NCBI RefSeq assembly: GCF_009914755.1
Contig: NC_060932.1
Origin: the human T2T-CHM13v2.0 reference genome, Homo sapiens
Strand: one strand, 5' to 3'
DNA length: 64,000 nt
The position numbers and the translations under genes were made by a program. The notes below the pieces were generated by a model that was not told the DNA's origin, searched no databases, and saw nothing but the letters and a program-made list of their open reading frames with translations. Below are positions 1 to 16,492 of the stretch, in pieces (position 1 is the stretch's first letter; each line of letters starts with the position of its first letter).

Positions 1-805
<805 letters not shown>

Positions 806-1093
806 TTTCTTTTTGAGACAGAGTTTCGCTCTTGTCCATGCTGGAGTGCAATGGTGTAATCTCAGCTCACCACAACCTCCGCCTCCTGGGTTCAAGTGAT
901 TCTCCTGCCTCAGCTTCCTGAGTAGCTGGGATTACAGGTATGTGTCACCGTGCCCGGCTAATTTTGTATTTTTAGTAGAAACAGGGTTTCTCCATGTTGG
1001 TCAGGCTGGTCTCAAACTCTCAGCCTCAGGTGATCCACCCGCCTCGGCCTCCCAAAGTGCTGGGATTACAGGCATGAGCCACCGCGCCCAGCC
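806..1093 (-). mobile_element. AluS, antisense
   Basis: Full dimeric Alu consensus in reverse orientation. Confidence 0.9.
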
Positions 1094-1207
1094 TCTTTTT
1101 TTTTTTTTTTTTTCTAATAGTTGAAGAAAGTGAAGTTCAGTGAAGTTATGAATTACATATAAGAGCAGAACCTGTTATCTTTCCTATTAGTGATTTTTTT
1201 TTTTTTA

Positions 1208-1425
1208 CTAGGAGTTGATAAACTATGGCCTAAAGCCAAATTGGATTCACCATCTGTTTTTGTTCAGTCATAACCTAAGAATGATGTTAAATTTTTAATT
1301 AAAAAATTAAAAGAATAATATTATGTGACATGTGAAAGTTATATCGTTCAAATCTCATTGTCCACAAATCAGGTTTTAGTAGAACACAGGCGTACACATT
1401 TTGTTGGTGTATTGTCTGTGGTTCA
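1208..1425. mobile_element. hAT-Charlie (MER33/MER58-like) DNA transposon fragment
   Basis: ctaggagttgataaactatggcctaaagccaaattgg... resembles the MER33/MER58 terminus. Confidence 0.5.
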
Positions 1426-2197
1426 GAGTGCATGGGGTGTTTTGTACCAGTGACTAAGAACTTAGCTCCTGAATAAGAATACTTTAAAGGGAGAATAACC
1501 CAAGGTTTGCATCTGATCAGCCTGGTTGCAGAGAAAACTGTTTTGTTTTTTTTCTTCAGGGTGTTCTTTAGTTCTAGTTTTGTTCTTTTTAAATGGCAGC
1601 CATGTAGTTATTGTTTAATCCTTTCTTTTGTTTATTGGCAAACACTATATTCATTATTGTTTGCTCTCAGTTATGTGGTGGTAATGGGGAAAATGTTTTG
1701 AAAGCACATAGAGTTCTATAGTTGAAAATAAGATGTGTTGTTTTTAGTAAAGCACTGCAGGTAAACCACCTTGACCCTGTCAGAAATACAGACTCAGCCT
1801 TGAGGTTTTGACCCTGGCAGTGAAAAAAAAATCTCTCTCATTATTTTACAAGTATCCATCTATTCCATTTCTTCCTCATTATGTTGCTTCTTTTGTGTCT
1901 TTTTAATGAGAGACTTTTATTTCAAGAAATCTTTTTATTTGATCCTCATAAAGGCTTTTTTATATTTTAAAAATAATGTATTAAAAATAATATAAAAGTA
2001 GCTAATGACTTTTCTCTCAATTGTTATTTTTGGTGACCTTGAATCTACTACTTTTAGACACTTGTGATAAATGAAAGATTAGAAACAGTTAAAACCTGGT
2101 GTCTTGATGGTTAAATGATGTTTATTTACTCAAAGCATAAACACTTCATCAGCTTCAGGTTTTTTTTATAATGATTTCTTACAGTAAAATGAACCTG

Positions 2198-2420
2198 GGC
2201 CAGGTGCGGTGGCTTATGCATGTAATCCTGTCACTTTGGGAGTGCAAGGCAGGCAGATGGCTTGAGCCCAGGAGATTGAGACCAGACTGGGCAACATGGC
2301 AAAACCCCGTCTATACCAAAAAAAATGCAAAAACTAGCCGGGCATGGTGGCGTATGCCTGTAGTCCCAGCTACTCAGGAGACTGAGGCTTACCTGAGCCC
2401 GGGAGTTTGAGGCTGCAGTG
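2198..2420 (+). mobile_element. AluJ-like, 3'-truncated
   Basis: ggccaggtgcggtggctt... stops at ggctgcagtg with no A tail. Confidence 0.85.
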
Positions 2421-2463
2421 TGACTTTATTAGAGATAAACATATATGTATTTATTCATGGCAG

Positions 2464-2504
<41 letters not shown>

Positions 2505-2509
2505 TATAT
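2464..2509. repeat. (TA)n(CA)n compound microsatellite
   Basis: Read directly. Confidence 0.9.
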
Positions 2510-2734
2510 TTTAGATACATAAAATACAAATATTCATTTAGAAGTAGATAGACTAGATGTATTAAATATCTTTGTAATGTTCAAATTTTACCTTTGAGTT
2601 TGAGAGAATACTTCTGCCAGAAAAAACTGAATGCTTCTAACAACCTCATGACTTATTCCACATCTAGCCTAAGAGGCACAGTTAACTTTAATCTGTAATT
2701 GACTGGAGTAAACTTTATAAAGTAGAGCTTTTTA

Positions 2735-3025
2735 AATTTTTTTCTTTTTTGAGATGGGGTCTTACTCTGTCCCCCAGGCAAGGGTGCAGTATTGCCCTAG
2801 CTGGAGAGCAGTGGCGCAGTCATTGTTAACCTCAAACTCCTGGGCTCAAGTGACCCTCCTGCCTCAGCTTCCTAAGTAGCTAGGACTACAAGTGTATACC
2901 ACCATGCCTAGCTAATTTAAAAAAACTTTTTGTAGAGATGGGGTCACTCTTCTGGCCTCAATGGATTCTCCCACCTTGGCCTCTTAAAGTGCTGGGATTA
3001 CAGGTGTGAGCCACCACACTTGGCC
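2735..3025 (-). mobile_element. AluJ, antisense
   Basis: Diverged Alu with the ctcctgggctcaagtga J-type motif. Confidence 0.85.
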
Positions 3026-3145
3026 TGTAAAAGAAGGTTTTAGTACTATGAACTCAATAGTCTGTTTTAAGTTTTTCCATAGCAATTTTTGTGAGGTAGG
3101 GAGTTTTTAATCACATGATCCATTCAAAAAATATAAAATTGTTGG

Positions 3146-3475
3146 ATGATTACCAGAGGCTGGAAAGAATAGTAGGGGGTTAGGGAAGAAGTAGGGATGG
3201 TTAATGGGTACTAAAAAAATAGTTAGAAAGAATGAATAAGACCTAGTATTTGCTAGCACAACAGGATGGCTATAGTGAAAAATAACTTATTTGTACATTT
3301 TAAAATAAGAGTATAATCAGATTGCTTGAAATACAAAGGATAAAATGCTTGAGGGGATGGATACCCCATTTATGCTGATGTGATTATTATGCATTGCATG
3401 CCTGTATCAAAATATCTCTTGTAACCGATAAATGTATATACCTACTGTGTATCCACAAAAATTAAAAAGAAAAAT
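3146..3475 (+). mobile_element. L1 (L1MA/L1PB-type) 3' end
   Basis: gattaccagaggctggaaag...gcatgcctgtatcaaaatatctc...A-rich tail. Confidence 0.8.
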
Positions 3476-3504
3476 ATATATTTTAAAATAGTAAACTTAT
3501 CACT

Positions 3505-3897
3505 TTTAGTCCATTTGTGTTACTATAAAGGGATATCTGAAGCTGGGTAATTTACAAAGAAGAGAGGTTTATTTGGTTCATGGTTCTGCAGGCTATACAA
3601 GAAGCGTGACACCAGCGTCTGCATCTGGTGAGGGTATCAGGCTACTTCCACTCATGGTGGAAGGCAAAAGCTAGCCTGAGTGCAGAGATCACATGGCAAG
3701 GTAGTAGGAGGAGGAGGAAAAAGAGAAGGAAGAGAGGGAGGTGCTGAGTGAGAACTCACTCACTCCCTTGAGAATAACACCAAGCCATTCATGAGGAATC
3801 TGCCCCCACAACCCAGACACCTTCCACTAGGCCCCATCACCAACAGTGAGGATCAGATTTCAACATGAGACTTGGTAGGTACAAACAAACCATATGT
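3505..3897. mobile_element. MaLR LTR (MST/THE1 family)
   Basis: ttagtccatttgtgttactataaaggg...gctgggtaatttacaaagaagagaggtttatttgg...tttcaacatgaga...caaaccatat. Confidence 0.8.
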
Positions 3898-3932
3898 AAC
3901 CACTGGAACAACTTCTATAAAGAACTACTACT

Positions 3933-4328
<396 letters not shown>

Positions 4329-4587
4329 AACTACTACTACTACCATAAACAACTGTTCTAAAGTAAAGATGCAGGGTGTTATGCATACCAGTTTGCCCTA
4401 GTATGGGAAGTCAATGAAAACTTCCCAAGAAAATACCTCTTGAGCTAATATCTGAAGGATGAATAGAAGTTAACCAGTCTAAGAGAGAAGAGAAAACCAA
4501 TCAAAGCAGAAGCCCAGTAGTTAGTTGGAATTTGACAAGTATAAGGATCAGCTGGTATGATTAGACTCAAGAAATCTGAGAGGTCTA

Positions 4588-5335
4588 TTGGGAATGCAAA
4601 TTGTTACATATATATACAATTGTTATGGAGAGCAATATGGAAATTCCTCAAAAAATTACAAACAGAATGACTATATAAGAGCCAGCAATCCCACTTGTGG
4701 TTATATATCCAGAGGAAATAAAGTCACTATCCATGCACTCTCAGGTTCATTTCAGAATTATTCACAATAGCCAAGATATGGAAACAACCTAAGTTCTGTC
4801 CCCAGATAAATAAAGAAAATGTAGAGTGTGTATGACACACATATGCACAATGCAAAATTATTCATTAGAAAACAAGGATATTGTTGCATCAAAGAGAAAA
4901 TAAGGATAACTTTCTATTTGTGGCAACATGGATGGACCTGGAGGACATTATGCTAAGTGGAATAAACCAGGCACAGAAAGACAAATTCCACATGATCTCA
5001 CTTGTATGTAGAATCTTTAGAAGTTGAACTCATAGAAATAGAATAGAAGGGAAAGTTGAACTCATAGAAATAGAATAGAAGGGTAATTACCAAAGGTAGG
5101 TTGCAGGGGGAGAAATGGGGATGTGTTGGTCAAAGGGTGCAAACTGTTGGTTATAAGATGAATACGTTCTGGAGACTTAATGTACATAATGGTAACTACA
5201 TGATGTTTGGTGATGGATATGTTAATTAGCTTGATTGTGGTAATCATTTCACAATGTATACATATATCAAAACATCACATTGCATGCCTTAAATACATAT
5301 AATTTCTATTTGTCTCTTATGCCCCAATAAAGTTT
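4588..5335 (+). mobile_element. L1M 3' end, sense
   Basis: ggcaacatggatggacctggaggacattatgctaagtggaataaaccaggcacagaaagacaaa...aataaa. Confidence 0.85.
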
Positions 5336-5349
5336 TGGGGAAATAAATC

Positions 5350-5950
5350 TGAGAGGCGTGGTACAAAATGAGTATGAAAGGGTGGGATGGGGTCAGATTA
5401 CCCATGGCTTTTTGTATCAAGTTTTAAGGAAATTAATCTTCATCGTAAGAGCAGTGAAAGCATATGAAGTGTTTTAAGCAAGTTGAAGGGTATGTTTGGA
5501 AAATCTCATTCTTGTTGGCTCTGTAAAGAATGATTGTGAGAAGGGAAGTGAGAAGGCAAGTTGAATAAAGACTGATCAAATAAAGGTGATGGTAGCCTGC
5601 ATTTGGGTAGTAGTGGTGGCAGTGGTGATGGCTATTGATAGAGACAGATGACAAATGCCAGAAATATTTAGGATGTTAAATTGACAGGACTTTGAATTGG
5701 ATATGGGGAAGAATGAGAGCGTGTAAGATACTAAAATAGCTTCAAGGTCTGGCTTTTACAGTGTTCTTGGAGGTTATTTCTCTTTATTGAACTAGGATGG
5801 TTGTTATTGTTTATTGTATTTGTTTGGGATAGAGAGATGGCAAAGGCATTTATGCATTCCCTTTGGACCTGCTTGAATTTGATGAGCTGTTGAATATGCA
5901 TGTCTGGAGCTCACAGGAAATTTCCGAGTTGGAGAAATAAATTTGTGAGG
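5350..5950 (-). mobile_element. L2 fragment
   Basis: Purine-rich, degenerate L2-type text (gatgttaaattgacaggactt...ggatatgggg...ctggagctcacagg). Confidence 0.5.
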
Positions 5951-7690
5951 CCCACTCTTGACTATTTTAAAGTGAAGCACTGCTATCCCCTGCCACCCAC
6001 ACTCTTGATCCTTTTTACTGTACCTCTGTGTACAATTCAGTAGCATTTAGTGTGTTCACAATGTTGAATAGCCATTGCCTCTAATTTCAGAACGTTTCTA
6101 ACACCCCGCCCCCCGCCGCCCCCCGCCCCGCCAATGGAGACTCTGTAATCATAAGTCACTCCTCATTCCTGCCTCCTACATCAGCAGTCTTTTTGAGAAA
6201 GAAGGGCACTGGGCCTAATGTCAGGGAAACATATTTCTCTTGGTTAGGGTGATGGTGGGCATAGAAGACTGTCTTTGGAATGAGTGACAGAGGTTCTAGA
6301 AACTGGATGTGCTGCTGTTGCTTCAAACTCATATGTCTGAACCAGACTCTTTACTACTAAAAACAGCTCCTCCCCATCTGGACTTAAATATTTCTCTCAA
6401 TTCTGCCATCCTTCTCCTAGTAACTGAGGTCTAAGACCTGGTAGCCTTTTTATCTCCTTCCCCAGTTATCACTATAGCCTTATAAATTTCTTCCTTTCTG
6501 TTCCCACTGCTGTCACTTTAACCTGGGTCCTTTTTAGCTTATTGCTGAACTGTCATAACTAGTCTCCCTGCCTCTAGTTTCTTTATCTTCTAATGATGGA
6601 GTATTCCATCTTAGACGTGTAGATACTGCTGCTAGATATTTATAACCTGGTATTCAAGGCCCTCTACAATCTACCCTTTCTTGTGCTGCTGTTTTGATAG
6701 TCAAATAACATAAGTGAAGTATTATGCAAATATCACTGTGGTTGTTAGGCTTTGTCTTTTTCCCTCACTGTTACCTTTACCAGCCCCAGGTTTAAATCAA
6801 ACCAGTCTAATCAGTATCCTTAAGCATACTTTGTGTTTTTTTCTTTCTCAGCATCTTTGTTATAGCAATTCCACTTCCCTGGAATTCTCTCCCTCCCTTC
6901 TTTCCTCCTATATCCTTTTTGAAATCTTACTTTTTGAAATCAGAGTCTCAGTGATCATTCACTTCTTTGAATCAGTTGTAACATATATTTTTTATACCAT
7001 GTGTTATTTAGCCTGTGCATCCTTAAATTATTGTTTGATTTGTGTTAACTATATTTGTCTTATCTCGACATTTAGATTGTGAAACTTTTGATGGTAGGGA
7101 ACATGTCACCTAGCACCTAGCTGTGTATTCTGAATATAAATGATTGGTAAATGATCTATGATTATATGACATGGTACTGAGAGAGTCATCAGAAATCATT
7201 TTGGGAATGATTTGTCTGCCCTTTCTCCTCAACTCTCTTTTTTGTTGTTGTTATCATGTTGACTTTTGGTATGAAATGTTAACTAAAAAAGTGATTTTTT
7301 TGCATTAAACTTAATAGTAATTTTTACATCTCATTTCAGGTGAGCAGATTTAAAAATCTAGCTAGATTATTTTTCAACACCTAATATATATTTCGTGATT
7401 GAAAAATAACAAGTGTAGAAAGTTATATAGTGACAGTTTAGATTGTGTTTTCAGTTCTTCTGTGAAGACAGTTATAGTCTAAACTTTGTCCGTGGAAACA
7501 CTAGTTTTGCTTCCTGTGCTCATGCGTAGTCCTGGTCTGTAGCATGAAGTGCGGGGGTTGTACTAGAGAAGACCATATTTAGTTAAGTGTGACAACTTAT
7601 TAGATAATCTAATACTTGTACCTTTCAAAATACTTAGTTTTCCATTAATAGGGAGCTTGATCTTTCTTATCCCCCTTCTCAGTGGGATAG

Positions 7691-8020
<330 letters not shown>

Positions 8021-8814
8021 CAATACCTTATCTTTACATAATGTAATTACTAGGAAAACAAGCACCTTTTATGTGCCAGGCACTGTGTAAGATCCTGGGA
8101 TAGAATGGTGAATGAGCCTGAAACAATCTCTACTTTGATAAGGTTGGGAGGACATATATAATAAATAATTTTAGATAGTAGTAAGTGCTAGAAGCATATA
8201 AGTCAGGGTTATGATAGTATTTTAAACTTAGGGGCTCAAGAAAGGTCTCTTTGATGTGACATTTAAACTAGTACCTGAGTAATAAGAAGGAATCAAACGT
8301 GAAAAGAATATTTTAGGCAGAATGAACAGTTGAAATATCTAAAAGGAGGAATGGGCTTGGGGTATTCAAGGATCAGAAAGACGGCAACTGTGCCTAGGGA
8401 ATGGTGAGTGAAGGGCAGATGCCAAATCTTATAAGGCAGTATAGATCATGAGATGGAATTTAAATTTTATCCTATGTACAGTAGGAAGCCAATTGCAAGA
8501 TTTTAAGTGGGAGTATGACATTATTTGAGTTATGGTTGAAGGGTGATTCTGACTACCATTGAGAATGGCTTGTAAATTCTGCTTTCTAAAGAGAGGGATT
8601 AGTAGACACTGATAGACAGTGTAAAGCTAGTGTATAAATTATAGGAAGCCCTTATTTAAGTTTTTCTGCCTCATACTCATCTTTTTTTTCTTTTTACTTT
8701 CGTGGTTTTAAAAAAGTAGGGTTAGCAGTATTTCAGTCGACTTTAATCTTCCATATGTTTTCCCCTTATTATCAAACCTTCAAGAACAAAACCTTTTCAT
8801 CTATTTTTTTATCA

Positions 8815-9540
8815 GCACTCAGTAGTTTATTTGTAGACTGACTAACCACTTCAAAACTACATGACTTAAAACAACAAGAATTTACTATTTCTTATGATTT
8901 TGAAGTTTGGTTGGGTTGTTATTCTGTTGATTTTGTCTGTGCTTCCTCAGGAGCTGCATTTAGGCAGAGGTGTGGCTAGGCTAGAAGGTGCAAAATGGCC
9001 TTAACTACATGTCTAACTGTTGCTTGGAGTGCCTTCATACTCCCTGATGATGGAGATCTGGTATTAAATCAGAGAACCAAGGCAGTTTCCAATAAACTAG
9101 ATCATTTTCTTTACATGGTGATCTCTGTGTAGCTCTCCAAGAAAGTGAAAAGCAGAAGCTAGCAGAGGCTCAAGATTTATAGTCAAAAGTCATATAACCT
9201 CATTTTTGTCACATTCTGTTTATAAAAGCGGGTCCAAGTCCAGTCAGATCCTGTACTCTTTTTTTTTGATGGAAAGAAGGGCAAAGTCACATTGTGAAGG
9301 AACAGTTATGATAATCTATGTAAATAATCTATCATGGTCTACCCTCTAGCCACTGCAATTCATATTTCTCCCACATGCAGACACTCATCCTCTCCCTAAA
9401 TACCAAAAAACCATACCTGTTTGCAACCACACTCTCCAAGTCCATGATCTCTTGATCTACATCAGGTCCCTATGTGAATAAGGCTTCTCAAGTTCAGTTC
9501 CCCCAGTATGGCAACTCTTGATTCAGAGACCTGTCAACTA
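8815..9540. mobile_element. MLT1-type MaLR LTR plus adjacent internal sequence
   Basis: gacttaaaacaacaagaatttactatttcttatgatt...gaagctagcagaggc...tcacattctgttt motifs. Confidence 0.55.
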
Positions 9541-9544
9541 AATA

Positions 9545-11900
<2,356 letters not shown>

Positions 11901-14614
11901 GATGGAAGAGTAGTAAGGTTGCATTATAAAAGGACATGCACCATAAGATGGGTATAATTCGCGGCTTTATTTTGCAATGCATTACTCCAGTATAGTATAG
12001 AAAAGAGTGTACTGAGCTTAGGAACCTCTAATGTGTAATCTTGACTCTGACACTTGTCAGAGATACTATTTAGTAAATTAGTGTTTTGTTATTTTCTCTG
12101 AGTGTTGGCTTTCTTTTTTTGTAAAATGGTAATACTGATGCCTACTCTCTAGAATTACATTGAGGGTCAAATAAAAAAATAGAAAAGAATATATATATAA
12201 AGTGCTCTTGCTATTCTTATTTAATGTATCATCATCACCATTGTTATTATACATAGTTGGTCCTTAATAGTTCCTCCCCTTGAAAAATGCTAAGTATGAA
12301 AAGATGTCTCTTTTTCACAATACTAACTGTAATTATCTCCTAAGGGAAGCGTAAAATTTTTTAATGTTTCAGTAGATGTATAAACTCCAGTTTATTTTAA
12401 CCCTCTGATTCTTGACTGTAGGAATCAAACATGGGTGTAATCACATTTTTTTTCTCAGAAGAACTGCTCACACTGTTACACTCTGTAGTTTTATGCCAGA
12501 CCAGTCCCTTTCACCAGTATTACTTTTATGAGCAATTAAAATATAGAACTAATAATAATATCATTTATGAAGTAATATAACATTATAAATACATACTATG
12601 TATTATACATTTAAACTATAATAATAATAAAACTGGTCATTAGAGTACTTTTTGCCTAGAAATTTCCTCCGTGTACTTTTTTAATTGTGGTGAGATTCAG
12701 CTGTACTCTAAAACATGTAATTATCCACTGTGAGAAATAAAAGATAGTTAAGTGGTTCCCAAGAACATATTAGACACTTTGAGCTAACATGAGAATGATT
12801 TCATGTCAAATGAGATGAACTCTATGGCTTCACAAATCCACTTGTCTTTGGCACAGGGAAAATGAATCTTTTTAATATCTGAGAGTTAGGTTATAGAGAT
12901 TCATCCATTATAAATTTAAACTTATTATATTACACAGGTTAAGAATATTTTTTCCATCAAGGGCCACTGAACCAGAGGGTTAAAAAAAAAAAAAAAACAG
13001 CCCCCAAGGCCACTTTCAAAGAGTTGTGCTGAGGGTTTTGGGGGCAAGAAAGATTAAAAAAAAAATGTTCATTCTACTTTTAATATAAAAACAGGAATAT
13101 AGAATTTTGTTCAATTAATACAATTAAAGTACAATATTGTTCTTCATTTTAGGTGGTACAGGATATAAGATGGTAGTATTGAAAAGAGTGAAAGAAAAAA
13201 ATCAGCTGTCATCATCTTTCTGTATGTATATTTTTCAGTTGTCAGTGTACCACCTTTCCAGTCAGCCAGACCGGAAGGAAGATGTGAGATTGCTAGTGAG
13301 GTTGGCATAGCTGGGATGGAAAAAGAGACTTATAAACTGGTTTTAGTGGTTTTGAAGTGGGTGTCAGCATTTCTGTACAGATGTCCTAAATCTTTTGGGT
13401 TGTAGTAATAAGTTGTTTGTTATCCATAGTCATTGAAATTCTGTTTTTCTCATTATCAGTTAATGTTTATTCCTAATCTCTGTTACTTTATGCCACCCTA
13501 AAGGAAAATTATTCTTATGTGTACAACATTATTATCTCATAAGAGTACTTGCTATAGGCCAGATAGATTCATAACCCAAAGACCTCCAATTCCTTGGATC
13601 AGTTTCTGTATGACATGGAATTCTTTCATCATGGCTCTGAAATTTTTGTTCTTCCATTAAAAAAAGTCCTTTTTGTTTATGAAAATAGAGTGCAACCCAA
13701 CACATTTTCTTCAATACAATCTTGGGAAGTATTCTTAGTACCTACTGGTGTTGCCAGAATACTAACCTTGAGACTAGAGATCTCATCTTTGTATCTTCCG
13801 TAATATTTTGCACAAAGTGGAGGTTTAATCTCAAAGGCAAGACTATTATTTTATCATTTAGAGTCCCCCTGTGTTAGAAAAGGAAGAGAAGAATAAACAT
13901 GGCCAAGAACAGCATAGACCTAGAAAATGTGATCGATCATCAGAGTTTTCTTGAAGGTAATTTATGGGAGAAAACTGAAAAATAACTTTAAAAATTAGAA
14001 AGTTTTGAAGGTGAAGCATGTGTCTGCCATCTATTCATTTTTGTCCCTCTGTATATTATGATACTTAGTTTTTTCTCCCTTATCCATAATTTTTTTTATA
14101 CTTCAGTTATTAGGTGTCATCACAGATCCCTCATTGAATCTCCATCTGTCATTTTCTCTTTTTGATTGCCTCAGGAGACCTCTTGCTCATGACCTTTATT
14201 AATTTAAGCCAGGATAACAGGCTTTTGTTTCAATTTGTCATACTAGAGTTCTTATATGTCTGGTATTGCAGGCCTCCTCAGTTCTCCATGTTTCAGATAA
14301 CAGACTTTGATAACTTTTCCACATCATGTTGGTCAGGAATCTATATGTTAAAAACAAAGAGCAGTGTTGAAATGTGACTTTGCACAAGTAAACCTACCTC
14401 AGCTAGTTTTATCTGCAAAATCGAGAAAATTAATATCTGCTCTTGCAATGTAATAGAATTTGTTGTGAGTATAAAATTAAAGATTTGTAAGCTGCAAGAC
14501 CTCTGCAATTTTCAGGTATTATGGGAAGGATATTTCTAGAAATAAGTGCCACTTAGGAAGGGCTGCAGTAAAATAAAATATTCACACTCATATGAAGCAG
14601 CAAGGGGTATCTTT

Positions 14615-14930
14615 TTTTTGTTATTTTTAGTTTTTTAAGAGACAGGGTCTTGCTCATTAGCTTAGACTGGAATACAGTGGCACGATCATAGAATCATAGT
14701 TCACTGCAGTCCCAAACTCCTGGGCTCAGGTCATCCTCCAGCTTCAGCCTTAAGAGTAGCTAGGATTACAGGCGCACACCACCACTCCTGGCAATTTTTT
14801 TTTTTTTTTGGTAGAGACAGGGTCTCGCTATGTTGCTCCAGCTGGTCTTGAACTCCTGGCCTCAAGTGATCCTTTCTGCCTTGGCCTCCCAGAGTGTTGG
14901 AATTACAGGCATGAGCCACCTCACCTGGCC
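14615..14930 (-). mobile_element. AluJ, antisense
   Basis: Alu consensus; aggggtatctttt TSD. Confidence 0.88.
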
Positions 14931-15070
14931 AGGGGTATCTTTTCATTCACTTCATTTCTTTATCTGGAGTAGTAGCCTTTTTCTATCTGTGGAAATTCAA
15001 TTCACCCCAAAAAGCCTAGGGCAGATGGCACCACCTTCATAAATTCTTCCTTTCTAAATTAAAAATGATG

Positions 15071-15521
<451 letters not shown>

Positions 15522-15689
15522 CTAGAATGCAGATAATTCAGCAGCTTTTGAATGGATGTAGCAGTTCTTCTATTTTTGCATTGTTTTCAGTCACCCTCTA
15601 GTCCTGAGTGAAACATCTTTGATGCTCTGAAATAGTCATTGGAATAGGGCAGGAGTCACTGAAACCTTGCTTTGTTTTTTGTTTAGTTT

Positions 15690-15994
15690 AGTTTTTGTTT
15701 TTGTTTTTTGAGATGGAGTCTTGCTCTTGTCGCCCAGACTGGAGTGCAGTGGTGCCATCTCGGCTCACTGCAATCTCCGCCCCCCCTGGGTTCAAGTAAT
15801 TCTCCTGCCTCAGCCTCCCGATTAGCTGGGACTACAGGCACCCACCACCACGCCTGACTAATTTTTGTGTTTTTAGTAGAGACGAGGTTTCACTATGTTG
15901 GCCAGGCTGGTCTCGAACTCCTGGCCTCTGGTGATCCACCCGCCTCGGCCTCCTGAAGTGCTGGGGTTACATGCGTCAGCCACCGTGCCCGGCC
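15690..15994 (-). mobile_element. AluS, antisense
   Basis: Alu consensus. Confidence 0.88.
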
Positions 15995-16214
15995 GAGGAA
16001 CTTGTTAAAAAACACCAGCCCTAACCTCACACTCTGATTGCAGTAAGTTGGGGATCAGGCAGTGTCAAACAGGCTGCTTTTTAAAAAATCTCTTGTATTT
16101 TGGCCCTTCCCATAGTAGGTCTTTTACGCATGATGTTCCCTTTGCTTCTTTGTCTATATAATGTCTGCCCTTCAGATCTGAGCTTTATCTTTTAAAAAAA
16201 AATTGTTTTAGATT

Positions 16215-16492
16215 TTTTTTGTATTTTTTTTGTTTGGAAACAGAGTGCAATGGTGCTATCTCGGCTCACCGCATCCTCCATCTCCTGGGTTCAAGCAATT
16301 CTCCTGCCTCAGCCTCCTGATAGCTAAGATTACATTCATGTGCCACCACACCTGGTTAATTTTGTATTTTTAGTAGAAACGGGGTTTCCCCATGTTGGTC
16401 AGGCTGGTCTTGAACTCTCAACCTCAGGTGATCCGCCTGCCTCAGCCTCCCAAAGTGCTGGGATTACAGGCATGAGCCCACCGCACCTGGCC
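16215..16492 (-). mobile_element. AluS, antisense
   Basis: Alu consensus; tgttttagattttttt TSD. Confidence 0.85.
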
